64,000 nucleotides of DNA, taken from the NCBI GenBank assembly GCA_950097015.1, contig CATNEN010000028.1, forward strand, positions 558,001 to 622,000, written 5' to 3'. This DNA comes from Macrostomum hystrix (Eukaryota; Animalia; Platyhelminthes). Numbering within the stretch: position 1 is the first letter of the stretch; each line of letters starts with the position of its first letter. Below the pieces are notes generated by a model. That model worked only from the letters and a program-made list of their open reading frames with translations, was not told the DNA's origin and did not search any database. The translations under genes were made by a program, and so were the position numbers. This document shows positions 23,135 to 35,586 of the stretch, piece by piece.

Positions 23135-24050
23135 TAGTTGAGATTGGGTTCCTTAGCTATTGAGATTGGGTTCCTTAGCTATTGGGATTGGGTTCCTTAG
23201 CTATTGAGATTGGGTTCCTTAGCTATTGGGATTGGGTTCCTTAGCTATTGGGTTTGGGTTCCTTAGCTATTGGAATTGGGTTCCTTAGCTATTGGGATTC
23301 GGCTCATTAGCTATAGAGATTGGGTTCCTTTGCTATTGAGATTGGGTTCCTTAACTGTTAGTATTAGGTTCCCTAGCAAATTGGTTTCCTTAGCTATTGG
23401 AATCGGGTTTCTTAGCAATTGGATTCCTGGGCTAAATGGGATTAGGTTCCTAAGCTAATTGTATTGGGTTCCTTAGCTGTTGGGATTGGTTTCCTAAGCT
23501 ATTAGGATTGGGTTCCTTAGCTATTGGGATTGGGTTCCTTAGCTATTGAGATTGGGTTCCTTAGCTGTTGGGATTAGTTTCCTTATCTATGGGGATTGTT
23601 TTCCTAAGCTATTAGAATTGGGTTCCTTAGCTATTTGGATTGGGTTCCTTAGCTATTAGGATTGGGTTCCTTAGCTATTTGGATTGGGTTCCTTAGCTAT
23701 TTGGATTGGGTTCCTTATCTATGGGGATTGGGTTCCTTAGCTATTAGGATTGGGTTCCTTAGCTATTTGGATTGGGTTCCTTAGCTATTTGGATTGGGTT
23801 CCTTATCTATGGGGATTGGGTTCCTTAGCTATTAGGATTGGGTTCCTTAGCTATTTGGATTGGGTTCCTTATCTATGGGGATTGGGTTCCTTAGCTATTA
23901 GGATTGGGTTCCTTAGCTATTTGGATTAGTTTCCTTATCTATGGGGATTGGTTTCCTAAGCTATTAGGATTGGGTTCCTTAGCTAATTGGATTGGGTTCC
24001 TTATCTATGGGGATTAGTTTCCTAAGCTAATTGGATTGGGTTTCTATTTG
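23135..24050. repeat. 22-bp minisatellite (ATTGGGTTCCTTAGCTATTGGG)
   Basis: Direct periodicity with degenerate copies. Confidence 0.93.
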
Positions 24051-24450
24051 GGATTGTGATTTTAATTGGGATCTGTGTGCATTTCGATGGATGGAATAGT
24101 AAGTCGAATGACCTCATGCAGAGAAGAAATTTAAGGACAGTGATAAGGCGGATAAATTCTCATTAGTCAAAGGCTCATTGCAAGTGACTCACTTCAAGTT
24201 ATTAGCTATTCAAGTTATGTTAATGAAGCCGACTTGCTATAGTTAGGCAAGATTGACGTCCAAGGAGCAAAGCAATATAGTGCCTCCCCATCAGTTCTTC
24301 TGCTTCAGACAGAGAATGGAGGGGGGTAGTTAGAGCAGTGAGTCTAGGACAGCTCATGCTGAGCAATATCTGGTCGGATAGAGTGACAGCAGATGCCAAA
24401 TGTGTATCTGTGGATGTCTGACTCATTGAGTATTTTGAGCAGTTTGAAAA

Positions 24451-27433
24451 ATGAGGCCGAAGACCCCGAGAGTAGTAGGGGAAATATTATCGACAATCGT
24501 TGGACAGGATGAAGAGGTGCCAAGCTTCAGCAGGCATTGGAATTGCAGACTAGAAGGGCCTGCGCCTGCTGCGATAAATTTTGGAATAAAATGTGGAATA
24601 CGAAGAAAACTCGATGTTTGGGCCACTTTTCTCCCTGATCGAGGATTTCGACTCCCGGGGGGGACTGAGGGGGTCCTGGAGCTCGCGGCGCTGGTGCTGG
24701 CGAGGTGGCGGAAAATTGCAAACGAGGCACTTTTCCCATCCCCTTATTCTTCCTCTCCTGCGGAGCAAAGTCGATCCAGGGTGAGTGTGTGAGTTCTCAG
24801 CGTTCAACGTTCATCGGCGATCATTGCTAAAAGATTGTGAGCAGCAGCAGCAGCGAAACCCCTAGAGACACGCACAGTTGGTTTCTTTCTCAACCTCCAG
24901 CGAATGGAAACTGGATACGGCTGGCTCCGATACAAACTCGAAACAGAAAAGCTTCCCTTTTTAAATGCCAAATTTCGCTAATTTCCTTTTTTAATTCGAA
25001 ACCAAGAGCCAGATAAAAAAATGCCTCGTAAATGCTTGGAATGCTGCAGCAACAAAAAAGAATACGATTCGCTTCCATATAATCCATCCTTACACTAATC
25101 CATCCTTACACTGGTCTATCCTGACACTAATCCATCCTTGACACTTTCCCACCCCGTCATTGTTCCTAACCTACCAGCAGGAGCCTCCTGTGCTTCTCCT
25201 TGGCGACGATGGCATTCTGCCTGGCGACTCATTGGACGGAGCATCTTCTACTGCCGCTGGCTTCGACTATGACGGCGGCATCGGTGGTGTCGGCGGCGTG
25301 GGCAGCGGCGGCAGCTCCGCCGTGGAGCCAATGTACCAACTGGACGGCTGCTTCAACAACTTCTGCGACATCAACGATGAGCCGCTGTTTGTCTTCGAAG
25401 AGAGCCTCCTGCTGCCTGTTCAGCTGCGCTGCTCAGCCGACCTCGGCCAGGTGCTCCGGTCGCCGATAGTGGCAATGACCGCAATCGGTGGTCACCTGGC
25501 TGTCACAGACGGCTACTCGATTTTCTCCTTCACTTCGGCCAAGAGGAACTACAGCGACCTGCGCTGTCGACGGAGCTTCCGGCCGCTGCCGCGCGGCTTC
25601 GCCGACCTGCGCATCAACTACATCAAGCTGCAGAGTCCGGACACAATGTACGCCACCGCTGACCTGGTGCAGGAGGCCACTGAGACTCAGGTTGGCTGCA
25701 TCCTGTCTACCAGTCTCATTGGTCAGGTGCTCAACAGGAAACTGTACAGAGACGGCCAGCTGCACGGCTTCGACTTTGACCAGGCGGGCTCAGTGTTTCT
25801 GTGCTACTCAGGCCAGAGGAAAGCAGTCAGCCGCATTGTCAAGCTGGCCTCCGATTTGAGGCACCTGTTTCACCTGGACATCGATTGGGATAAAATTCCC
25901 AGACAGGTTTGTTACGGAAGAGCACTGGACTACTGCATTGCATAGTTCTCGCAATCTACTATGAATGAATGCTGTAGTTTACAGTGTAGCTTACAGAATG
26001 AGCTGTAGTTTACAGTGTAGCTTACAGAATGAGCTGTAGTTTACAGTGTAGCTTACAGAATGAGCTGTAGTTTACAGTGTAGCTTACAGAATGAGCTGTA
26101 GTTTACAGTGCAGCTTACAGAATGAGCTGTAGTTTACAGTGTAGCTTACAGAATGAGCTGTAGTTTACAGTGTAGCTTACAGAATGTGCTGTAGTTTACA
26201 GTGTAGCTTACAGAATGTGCTGTAGTTTACAGTGTAGCTTACAGAATGAGCTGTAGTTTACAGCACGGCACTAGGAAATTAAGCTCAATCTTGCGCTGAG
26301 ATTCGAACTCCTAACCTCTAGGTCAAACGTCCGACGCTCTAACCACTAGGCGACAAGCTCAATTTACCTTAGCTTCCTAACCTAGCTACAAGTATCTTAC
26401 TGTACTGTCCTGTACAGTACATTTGAATAGCACACTGCCGCTCAGTATGATTGCAAGAGCAAATTTCTCGCAATTCCCAAAATTGATGGGAATTTCTTGA
26501 GTCCTGCAGCTCTAATAAAGCTGAGTGGTCAACATCAGAGGCTATCTTCTACTCAGGAAAAAATGAAAGGAAGCCTAGAGTTGGATTTTGAGCACGCAGA
26601 TTGAATAGCTCTCATTTGATTGCAGCTCGCCTTAATGAGAACTCGTTAGCCTAATGAAAAAAGCTTTTGCTGATAATCTGGAGGGGCATTGATGTAATGA
26701 GCCATACCCTTGAACTAGAATCTTTCTGGGATTTCATTTCCGTTTTGTTGAGAAGTGAGATGACAGACTCCGAGTCAGAGGTGCCATCTACTATTGGCCC
26801 ATCAATATAGTTTCTTTTTAGTCCACGAGTCACGTTGAAAAAGCACAACATTAAAAATGTAAGCGAACAAACGACCATCATGGATTATTCAGAATTGAAG
26901 GCTGCTACCCATAGATCTGCATTGGAGCTAGTCGATTGGCTTTGAACCAAATGGGGGAATGAATAAGCAATTCTCCTCGATTATTCAATGTTCAGATCTC
27001 ATGCTGCTGGGACTCCAATGAGACCTGGGTCTCAGGCCAGTGGGGCGCGGACGGCGGCTTTCTGCTCTCGATGCGCTCCGACGATCCCAAGGGCAGCGGC
27101 CGGGTCAACAGCTGGCTGAAGCCGTCCGCCTGGAGATTTGAAAGGCTCCTGCCCAATCAGCTGCTGAGCCTGGGCAAGGGCCGCCTGCTGGCTGTGAACT
27201 CGGCCAATCAGGAGGGCTCACTGTACGCTCTGTACTGGACCCGCCGAGTGCCCGGCATGGCCAGCCAGGGCTGGGTGCCCGAGTGCCAGCGAATCAACCA
27301 CGCCGACAACTGGGGCGTCAGCGCGCTCTGCTTCGACGCTGAGGCCGATGGCTCCGTGCTGGTGGCCAGAAACAACCAGATCTACCGGCTGACCTTCAAC
27401 AGCGGCGGCAGCGGCGGCTGCTCAATCAGTTGA
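24451..27433 (+). CDS. Probable beta-propeller (NHL-like) protein; family tentative
   Basis: GC-rich exons 25178-25906 (donor CAG|GTTTGT) and 26996-27433 (acceptor TTCAG) join in phase 0. Segments such as LHGFDFDQAGSVFLC and VSALCFDAEADGSVLVA look like propeller blades. The upstream exon 24451-24780 (AGG|GTGAGT, phase 0) is weaker. Confidence 0.6.
25968..26263. repeat. 31-bp intronic minisatellite (GCTGTAGTTTACAGTGTAGCTTACAGAATGA)
   Basis: About 9-10 copies. Confidence 0.95.
26289..26359 (-). pseudogene. Degenerate tRNA-like sequence (SINE head or tRNA pseudogene)
   Basis: Minus strand GCTTGTCGCCTAGTGGTTAGAGCGTCGGACGTTTGACCTAGAGGTTAGGAGTTCGAATCTCAGCGCAAG has A-box and B-box-like motifs, but the anticodon and acceptor stems are broken. 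Related B-box fragments occur near 28195-28235 and 28315-28350. Confidence 0.6.
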
Positions 27434-27937
27434 AGCTGGGACTGATGTTGTTCAGCAGACGGATTTTGTGGGTCATTGACGGACTATTTAAATAGGAGAA
27501 CCCTCATTGGCATTTCAAACCACCGATGGGTCCATAAGTAGCTTTATCGTGGCAACTACCCGACATGTATCGAAATATGGATAACTACGGGTAAAGCTAT
27601 TTATTTCACACTTGCGTTTCATTCAATCCGAAAAGTCATGATGTAATTACCAAATTTGTTTTAGTCAAAACAACTATTGCACTATGTTTATACTATTTTT
27701 AACGTGCATATATAATGTGCTCATATTGGTTAATACACGATTTTTGTTCTGGTTTTAATTGCCGATATGTATGGCTCGTATATTTTAATCGTTGCATTAA
27801 ATGAGACATTTCTAATTTCTAAATTTTATTCATCTAAGTCCTTCATGTTTTTCCACGATATTTGACATTTCCAGCTAAATTGGTTAGAGACAGTACGCAG
27901 TATGAAATTATCTACGATATTTAAAAATTCTCCAGCA

Positions 27938-28135
27938 ATGGCGCATCATTTGGTGACGCTAGACCCGCAGCCAGCGAGGAGGCAATTCTGCCCATTTCGC
28001 AGACTCCTGAGCACACATGCACACAGATACTGTACGCAGGCACACGCTCACACAGGTGTGTACATCTGCCCTGACTTTCTCATCGTCAGGCAGTGTACAC
28101 TCTCACTGTGCATTGGAGGTTGGCCCTCAAGGGCC
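27938..28135 (+). repeat. Dispersed repeat family A, copy 1
   Basis: Shares CACAGGTGTGTACATCTGCCCTGACTTTCTCATCGTCAGGCA and flanks with 63136-63300. A partial inverted copy lies at about 14398-14465. Confidence 0.85.
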
Positions 28136-28364
28136 TAAATTGCACAACAAGTCCCCAAGCCTTCTCTCCGCTACTGAGCCACAAATGAATTTGGCCTAGC
28201 CGCGGAATCGAACTCAGGGACCCTTGTGCCAGAGAACTCTTGCAGCCAACTTATCAAATTGGTGGATAGAAAAAGGAAAATTAAGCGGCTCTACGTGTAG
28301 TACGCCAATATTTTCTCTCGGCTGAGATTCGAACTCTGGACTGCGACCTCCCAATTTATAGGGC

Positions 28365-29770
28365 TCAGATGTGAAATATTCGTTCGTTCGTTCGTACAAA
28401 AAGCGAAGTAAGACAATTTTTCAAATTGCGATTGCAGACTATCCTGTCCTTATTGATACTGACAGTAATCAGATTCAATACTAGCTCGTAAGATGATTGA
28501 AACACCATGGAACTCGTGTGCGACAAGCGGAAACTGCCCGATCGGTTAGTTGTGCAGCGTGACAAGTGCACAACTGGCCCACTGTTAGTGCCGTGAAAGC
28601 TGGCATCAATAACGCTGCTCGCTACACTGCACTCCGCTCCATTAACAGGCTCCTCTGTACTCAAGACGGGGAAGGGGAAAACAGGATGTGAGGAAGAAGG
28701 CCTCGGGCGGAATTATTATTGCACCGCGGGACACACAGGAAGGAACTGAGAGAAGACCAGGCCAGCTAGTTACTCAGAGTCAGAGCCCTCTATATTTTTC
28801 CGTGACCAAGATCCCCCCTGGGAAGTGCACTGTGTGAGTGAGTCGTCCCGGACGTACTTGAAGCGGATGCCAGCCTTGGAGGAAGCAACTAAATAGATGA
28901 GGAAGTGGACGATACAAAGTCATAATTTTTAATTCGTGACCGCTCTTGCATGTGCTGCAGATCGCATTAAGACGTAATAAGTAAAAGCTAGGTTTGATGC
29001 TCTCAATCTCAGTCATCAATGGGTCCACTCTGAAAACGTTCTCGCTATAGGTTCTCCAGAGGAGAATGGAAACAGCACCTACCTCGACTGGGTCGGATGT
29101 ACAGCCAATGGCATCGAGCGACCTGTCTTGAATAGTCGCAGCTATTGCGTCAGTTGTTCAGTCCATGTGGTGTATCATGTGGTGTATCATGTGGTGTACC
29201 AGGTAGTTTTTCCCGACCTTGCAATACATTGCAAGGCTATTATGCTAAATGCTAAGTTTCATCCAAATGCTAAAATTACAATTATTACATTTCAAAATAC
29301 GAGCATATGAAGAAGCGTTTTAAAAAGGACACGCAGGTAAAAAAAGGAGAGTGAAGCCAAATACAGCCACCTTATCTGTCTATCCTTCAGTGTGGCGCAC
29401 AAGTACACACACGCATACACACACACACATGTCAATAACCTGACATGAGAGATCGAGATTGAATGGATTCACGCCTCCTCTCTTCGGCATTTGCATCTTC
29501 AGCTTGCCTGAATATGGCTGCAAAACAAACACTGCAGCCTTACAGCAACAGATAGATGGGGTGTGCAGGCTTTAGCTGGCGGAATAAAGATGGCGAACTT
29601 GGGAAACACGAGGAAAGAAGGCTGTATAGGGGATAGGCGTAAGGTAATATAGAGGGGGAGAGACGGTATGAGGTAAGGACGTTGTGTGAACCTAAGGCGA
29701 GCATGCGTGACAGTAAAAATACACCCACCATTGCAATGCACGCAGCAGCTGCGCTTCGTTCTGCGCGCAT
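28365..29770 (-). CDS. Tentative 4-exon gene of unknown function, about 220 aa
   Basis: Exons 29770-29544, 29122-29083, 28874-28774, 28659-28365. Donors GTAAGG, GTAGGT, GTAACT with AG acceptors, phases 2,0,2 give one open frame. No family recognised. Confidence 0.4.
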
Positions 29771-30034
29771 TGCAAATCTGCAGTTTCAAAGAAAAGGAAA
29801 CATCATAGCCGGCCCTCTACGAATTCAGATAATGAATTTTGCTTAAGCAAGACAGACTGACTGTGCAGTACGATGTCCTAATTTTTCGAGGCTAGGCAGG
29901 CAATATTAATTCTTATAAACAGGGCCTTTTGATCGAAAAAACTGGTATGAACCGCTTTTAATGCGAAACAAAATCTGATGAAATTAATTCCGCTGCGGGT
30001 GGATTATTTGCAGTTTGAAAAACTTTTCGCGAAA

Positions 30035-32314
30035 ATGCGTCAGATTTTGCTGATACCACTGCTGGCTATTGTGGCGTCTGCAAATGCTGCCAGCAAACAT
30101 CCGTCGCTGCCATTCTGGAATCCGACTCTCAACTGGGACGCGCGAGTTCGAGACCTGCTCAGCCGGCTGACAGACGACGAGCTGGTGGAGCAGTTGAGCA
30201 AAGGCGGCGCCGGAAAGAACGGCGGTCCCGCGCCGGCGGTGCCTCGCCTGGGCATCCGGCCTTACCAGTGGAACACCGAGTGCCTCAGCGGCTTCGGAGA
30301 GGCCGGCCCGGCCACATCGTTTCCCCAGGCTATCGGCCTGGCTGCCACCTTCAGCCCCGAACTGATTGAGGCTATGGCTCGAGCGACCGGTCTTGAAGTT
30401 CGAGCGGCTTTCAACGACTACTCAGCGGCTGGCAACTTCAGCGACCATCATGGCGTCACTTGCTTCGCTCCGGTCATCAACCTGCTGCGACATCCCTATT
30501 GGGGCCGCAACCAGGAGACCTACGGCGAGGATCCACACCTCACCGGCGTCCTTTCAGCTGCGTTCGTCCGCGGCCTGCAGGGTGGCGACCTGGCGACTAA
30601 CCGCTTCGCGCTGGCTGGCGCCGGCTGCAAACACTTCGCCGCGCACAGCGGCCCCGAAGACTATCCGGTGTCGCGCGTCTCCTTCAACGCAGTCGTGCCA
30701 GAGCAGGACCTGCGCCAGTCCTTTCTGCCGCAATTCCGCCGATGCCTTTCAGCCGGCAGCTTCTCTGTCATGTGCAGCTACAACGCGTTGAACGGCGTCC
30801 CGGCCTGCGCCAATCATCGCCTGCTGACGGACATTCTACGCGGCGAGTGGAACTTCACCGGCTACGTTGTCAGCGATGAGGGCGCGCTGGAGTTCGCTGT
30901 CGACTTTCACAAATACTTTGCTAACAGGTCAGTCGCCGCGATTGGCGCTTTCGAGGCAGGAGTCAATCTCGAACTGTCGCCGCCCGGCTGTCCGGACCAG
31001 GCGTGCATTGTGTTTGAGCATCTGCACGAAGCGGTGGCTTCCGGACGCATCAAGCGTCGCCAACTACTGGAGCGCGCTTATCCACTGTTTTACACTCGAA
31101 TGCGCCTGGGCGAGTTCGACCCGCCGGAAAGCAACCCCTACAGCCGGCTACACCAGGCGGACATTGTCCAGACGCCCGGACAGCGTCAACTATCTGCGGT
31201 CTTAGCGGCTGCCAGTTTCGTTTTGTTAAAGAACGCCGACGAGTTCCTGCCGCTGAGTGGCAACCAGATCATAGGCAGGCAGGTCGGCCTAATCGGCCCT
31301 TTCGCCGACAACATGACGCTCATGTACGGCTCGTATGCAGCCGATCCGATGCCGCAGTACCAGGTATCGCTGCTGTCCGGCCTAACTAAAGCTGGTGCCA
31401 TCGGTAGTGTTTATCGTTACTGCCTGGACGGTGTGCTGTGTCGGAGGCGCAACGATACGGCTTTGTCGGAGGCGGTGCAGAACAGCGACCTCCTGCTTGT
31501 CGCCGTGGGCACTGGTCAGCAAGTTGAAGCCGAGAACATCGACCGACGGAATCTCAGCCTGCCAGCTGGTCAGGATCGTCTAGTGCGCCTCCTGGCCGCA
31601 GGAAAAGGAAAATGGCCGCCGGCCGTTCTGCTGATCTTCTCCGGCGGACCGGTTGACATTCAACCGGCTGCCAGGCCGGATTCCGGAATTCGCGCCATCC
31701 TCTGGTGCGGCTTCCCGGCTCAGGAGGTTGGAGTGGCAGCGGCCGCCGTCCTGACTGGCGAATTATCACCATTCGCCAGCCTGCCATTTACCTGGTACTC
31801 GCCAGACCAGGCGCTGGCCTCCATAACCAACTACACGCTGACGAACATGACCTATCGCTTCCTGGAGGATCCACCGTCAGGCAAGGGACCTCGCCCGCTA
31901 TACCGGTTCGGTCAGGGCCTAGCGTTCTCCGCCTGTCGAGTGCATCTCACCGATCTGGAGGCTCCCGACCGACTGCCACGCGGAGAAAATCTTGACGTGG
32001 CATTCAGCGCCAGCGTATTTGGCGACTCCGCTGGTCGCTACCGCGGCTGCATGTACTCAGCCAAGGCGTACTTGAAGCCAACTGGCGTTCGTGTTGGTCG
32101 CAATCCGCGTATTTGGCTGGCCGCCGTGAGCCTGGTTGCCTGGCGGGAGGACAAGCGACAGCGAGTGTACATGCGGCTACTGGCCGAGGACATGGAGCAG
32201 TGGAGCGGGAGCCGCATGGCTGTACTGGCCGGAGAGTATGAGCTGCATATAGGAGATTACTTCGATGAAAAGTGCTCCGATTGTCGGCTCGTTAAGAAAT
32301 TTGTTATCGTTTGA
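30035..32314 (+). CDS. Secreted glycoside hydrolase family 3 beta-xylosidase/beta-glucosidase, intronless
   Basis: Signal peptide MRQILLIPLLAIVASANA. GH3 motifs WGRNQETYGEDP, CKHF, VMCSYN, nucleophile motif VVSDEG, EAENIDR, and a C-terminal Fn3-like region. The track ORF begins at 29978; the Met at 30035 fits the signal peptide. Confidence 0.93.
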   Translation: MRQILLIPLLAIVASANAASKHPSLPFWNPTLNWDARVRDLLSRLTDDELVEQLSKGGAGKNGGPAPAVPRLGIRPYQWNTECLSGFGEAGPATSFPQAIGLAATFSPELIEAMARATGLEVRAAFNDYSAAGNFSDHHGVTCFAPVINLLRHPYWGRNQETYGEDPHLTGVLSAAFVRGLQGGDLATNRFALAGAGCKHFAAHSGPEDYPVSRVSFNAVVPEQDLRQSFLPQFRRCLSAGSFSVMCSYNALNGVPACANHRLLTDILRGEWNFTGYVVSDEGALEFAVDFHKYFANRSVAAIGAFEAGVNLELSPPGCPDQACIVFEHLHEAVASGRIKRRQLLERAYPLFYTRMRLGEFDPPESNPYSRLHQADIVQTPGQRQLSAVLAAASFVLLKNADEFLPLSGNQIIGRQVGLIGPFADNMTLMYGSYAADPMPQYQVSLLSGLTKAGAIGSVYRYCLDGVLCRRRNDTALSEAVQNSDLLLVAVGTGQQVEAENIDRRNLSLPAGQDRLVRLLAAGKGKWPPAVLLIFSGGPVDIQPAARPDSGIRAILWCGFPAQEVGVAAAAVLTGELSPFASLPFTWYSPDQALASITNYTLTNMTYRFLEDPPSGKGPRPLYRFGQGLAFSACRVHLTDLEAPDRLPRGENLDVAFSASVFGDSAGRYRGCMYSAKAYLKPTGVRVGRNPRIWLAAVSLVAWREDKRQRVYMRLLAEDMEQWSGSRMAVLAGEYELHIGDYFDEKCSDCRLVKKFVIV

Positions 32315-32724
32315 AAAAACTAGAAATCTTTTTTACTCAACTCTGTGTCACAGTCTAATTGGTCGAAGACTGAACAGCTGCCGTAAGCAATAGCTTCGGC
32401 TGTGTTGTCGGCTGCACATCTGGCTTAATCAAAATATTTATTTGGCAGTTAGTATTTCGAAATGTATCGAAAATATGCATACGATGGCAGGTAGGGATTT
32501 GGTTATCTCCACTCCGAGGATTTTTTATACGTATCCAAATTTATCACCACCATTAATCTAAATCCCAAAGTTATGTAATACACTTATTTTTCTACGTCAG
32601 GTCTAATGTTTCTATAAAAATACCAGTACCTCTTAATAGTGACTTCCATTTAAATTTCTCTTTATTATTGAACTGCTACTTGAAGTAACAAAAACAGTTT
32701 TTTATTAGGACAGTTGCGTTCTTT

Positions 32725-32945
32725 TGACATCTGCTGCGATTCTAGCTACGATTCTAGCTATGACATCTGCTGCGATTCTAGCTACGATTCTAGCTATGAC
32801 ATCTGCTGCGATTCCAGCTACGATTCTAGCTATGAAATCTGCTGTGATTCTAGCTACGATTCTAGCTATGACATCTGCTACGATTCTAGCTATGACATCT
32901 GCTGCGATTCTAGCTATAACATCTGCTACTATTATGCTACTATTA
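32725..32945 (+). repeat. 12-bp-based satellite family C, locus 1 (36-bp superunit)
   Basis: GATTCTAGCTAC / GACATCTGCTGC subunits. Confidence 0.9.
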
Positions 32946-33959
32946 AGATTGCAACTATTATTCAAGCTATGGCATCTCCTGCATCCTAATTCATAATTCC
33001 TACGATTCCTAATTAAATTCTACAATACTCCAACTACGATTCGATATGGTACGAGAATAGTTTCAACTTTGCTAAGGTTTCTCCTCAGAAGACTCATAGC
33101 TCATTCTGGTAAAAATTAGCCAGGTTTTGTGAATGATACCTGTTTTTGTGAAAAAATCAGTCTACGTACCCCATCGGAGTTCTAACACTCCAATGCTTGT
33201 TATTGTCTAAACGAAACGAACATCAGTGGTCAAGTTAACACTCTACCGCAGAAATTCTCACTTCCAGTAAGCTCGCTAATAATAACCTGTCAGTTGAGTC
33301 GGAAGGCGAAATTGCGCACGGTCACATGCTGCGTGCGCCTAAGCGAAGTGAGCAACCAAATTGGGTTTTTAACATATTTCTAAGAAAGAAAAGAAACTAA
33401 GTAAAGAATAGAACGGAGAAAGAAAATAATATCAACAACAGTAGATGCGATGAATAGATTTTCTAGTCCAGGCTACAAAGAAATAAGATAGACACGGAGG
33501 CACAGAATGGACAGAGGGAGTGAGAGAGAGGGAGAGAGCAATTGTATCAGTGGCTCTGCAGAGGAGAATGAGAACTACAGATTCAATTCAGAGCATAGAC
33601 GAAAAGAAAAGCATTAGTTTCGTAGGGCCGATATGGTAAGACTTGCAGAGTTGCGCATTGCAAAGCACGAACAAAAGTGAGAGACGGGTGGAGTAGAGCA
33701 GAGACAGCACAAAGGTGAATATACAATAATCTCACAACAGAATACTGACAGGCTTCACTCGCGCAGCCATTTAGCTTGCGGCTGGTTGCCTTAACACCAG
33801 CCTTGAGACCTCATTGTGCGTAGTTTGCTTGCCTATGCTCAGTTGTCAGGCTGAAGGAAGAGCCAAGAGCAGAAAAAATATAGTCCCTTAAAAGCGTTGC
33901 GCATTGCTTACCACGAGTTATCCAGCAAAAGAAAATCCCTTTTGTTGTAGAGGCAAGAC

Positions 33960-35586
33960 ATGCCGCTGGTACCGCAGCGTCCAGTTTATCCGTCGGCCAA
34001 CGCGGCAGAAGCCATGTCAGCTGGCTACTTTGCCCAGGTGCGCTACCTGTTACAGACTGGCGGAACAGGAGCGGCTGATAGACGCGAATCCGCAAGCGGT
34101 CGAACTCCTCTGATATTGTGCGCACTGGTGCGCGACACCAGCTGGGCCGTCAGCCTGGCCCGCCTGCTGCTGGAGAAGGGTGCCAAAGTTGGACTCAAAG
34201 ACAAGCGCGGCATGAACGCTTTGCACTACGCGTGCGCGCACGGTCGGGATCAGCTGGCCGAGCTGTACCTCCAGGCCATAGACTATCGGGTGAATGACTG
34301 CGACTGCTACAAGAACACGGCCATGCACTACGCGGTGAGAGGCGGTCGGTTATGTATTGTGGATTTGTTGGTCAAAATTTTGCAACGCCTACAACTGCCA
34401 GTGAGTCCGCCCAATAAAGAGGGCGTCACGCCGCTCATGCTAGCGTATATGTCCGGCCGGATGGACATCGCTGGGAAGCTGCTAGCCGCCGGAGCCGACT
34501 CCGACGCCATCGACGCGTTTGGCAAATCGACGTCGGCCTACGAAAGGGAAGCGACGGAGCGGCTGCGCGACGCAGAGGAAGCGGCTGCGGCTAAGGTCAG
34601 GTTTCGATAAGCGACTAAGTTTGAATGAATGTGAGAGAATGACTCTATTTAAATTCTAAAAAACTCGCTTTACTTTCATTGTGAAGGCCGCTGGCAGGAA
34701 ACTCCGCTTTGACGATGTTGACGGCTGGAGACGCTACCAAAGCAGGCTAAGATCTGCACCTGCTGGTCGTCGCTGCGGCTCGGCCGTATCTACTGCTTCC
34801 TCTGTCGCCCCGGCGGGCACAGAGCCAACTTTTAAAAAGTCGCAGCAAGAGATTCGCAGGACCCGAATGTACCAGCCGGAAGCCGCTGAACTAATCGCAG
34901 CCGCGTCGCCGTTGGATCGACGAAACGATCCCGGCGAGGTTTTTCGGACAACACCCTCGGATTTCTTCGGCCCGACCGCTCGCCAGCAGCGGCAGCATCA
35001 TGAGATCAGCATCAGCGGGGTTCGCGTCGGCTCCGCTACCGCAGCCCAGCGACCTCGAGCTCGGTCGGCCGCGCCGAATTGTCGTCATTGCTCTTGCAAT
35101 GACAACAGAGCAGACGCCATCGACACCAACGAAGAAAGCAGCGACTCAGATCGATCACGCGACTCGAAAGAGATGCGGCATCTTCGGCCAGCAGTTCGAC
35201 AACGCGGCAGCGACGCACTGACGATGGCGCGCCTGTTTAACGACTACGAGTTCCATTGTTCTTCGCTATACCGACCTCCGCCTAGACCAGCAGATCCGAC
35301 CATGTACGTGCACGACTTCGCCGCACGCTACATGTCACCTTCGCTGACTGACCCCGACGGAAGTGGCGCAGGTGGCGGCGCCGGCGGAGGTCCGGGCGGC
35401 TCGACCGGCGACTCGGCCGGCGGACGACGACGAAAAGAGGCCGGAGCCGCCGGGCGGAAGGGAAAACGTGCCGGTCCAGCAGCGGCGGCGGCGGCAATGG
35501 CGGCCATTGTGGCGGCGGACTCCGCCAAGAAGAAATCCGGGGCGGCGGGTCGAATCAGCAGAGCCGCGTTCGGTCGCGAAGAGTAA
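33960..35586 (+). CDS. Ankyrin-repeat protein (ANKRD63/ANKRD34-like) with a disordered C-terminus, 2 exons, about 511 aa
   Basis: Ankyrin repeats GRTPLILC, GMNALHYAC, NTAMHYA, GVTPLMLA. A 91-bp intron at 34596-34686 (AAG|GTCAGG ... TGAAG|GCC, phase 0) joins track ORFs 33960 and 34681. Confidence 0.85.

Noticed and set aside
26289-26359. Functional tRNA gene
   Set aside because: The acceptor and anticodon stems do not pair; kept only as a tRNA-derived remnant.
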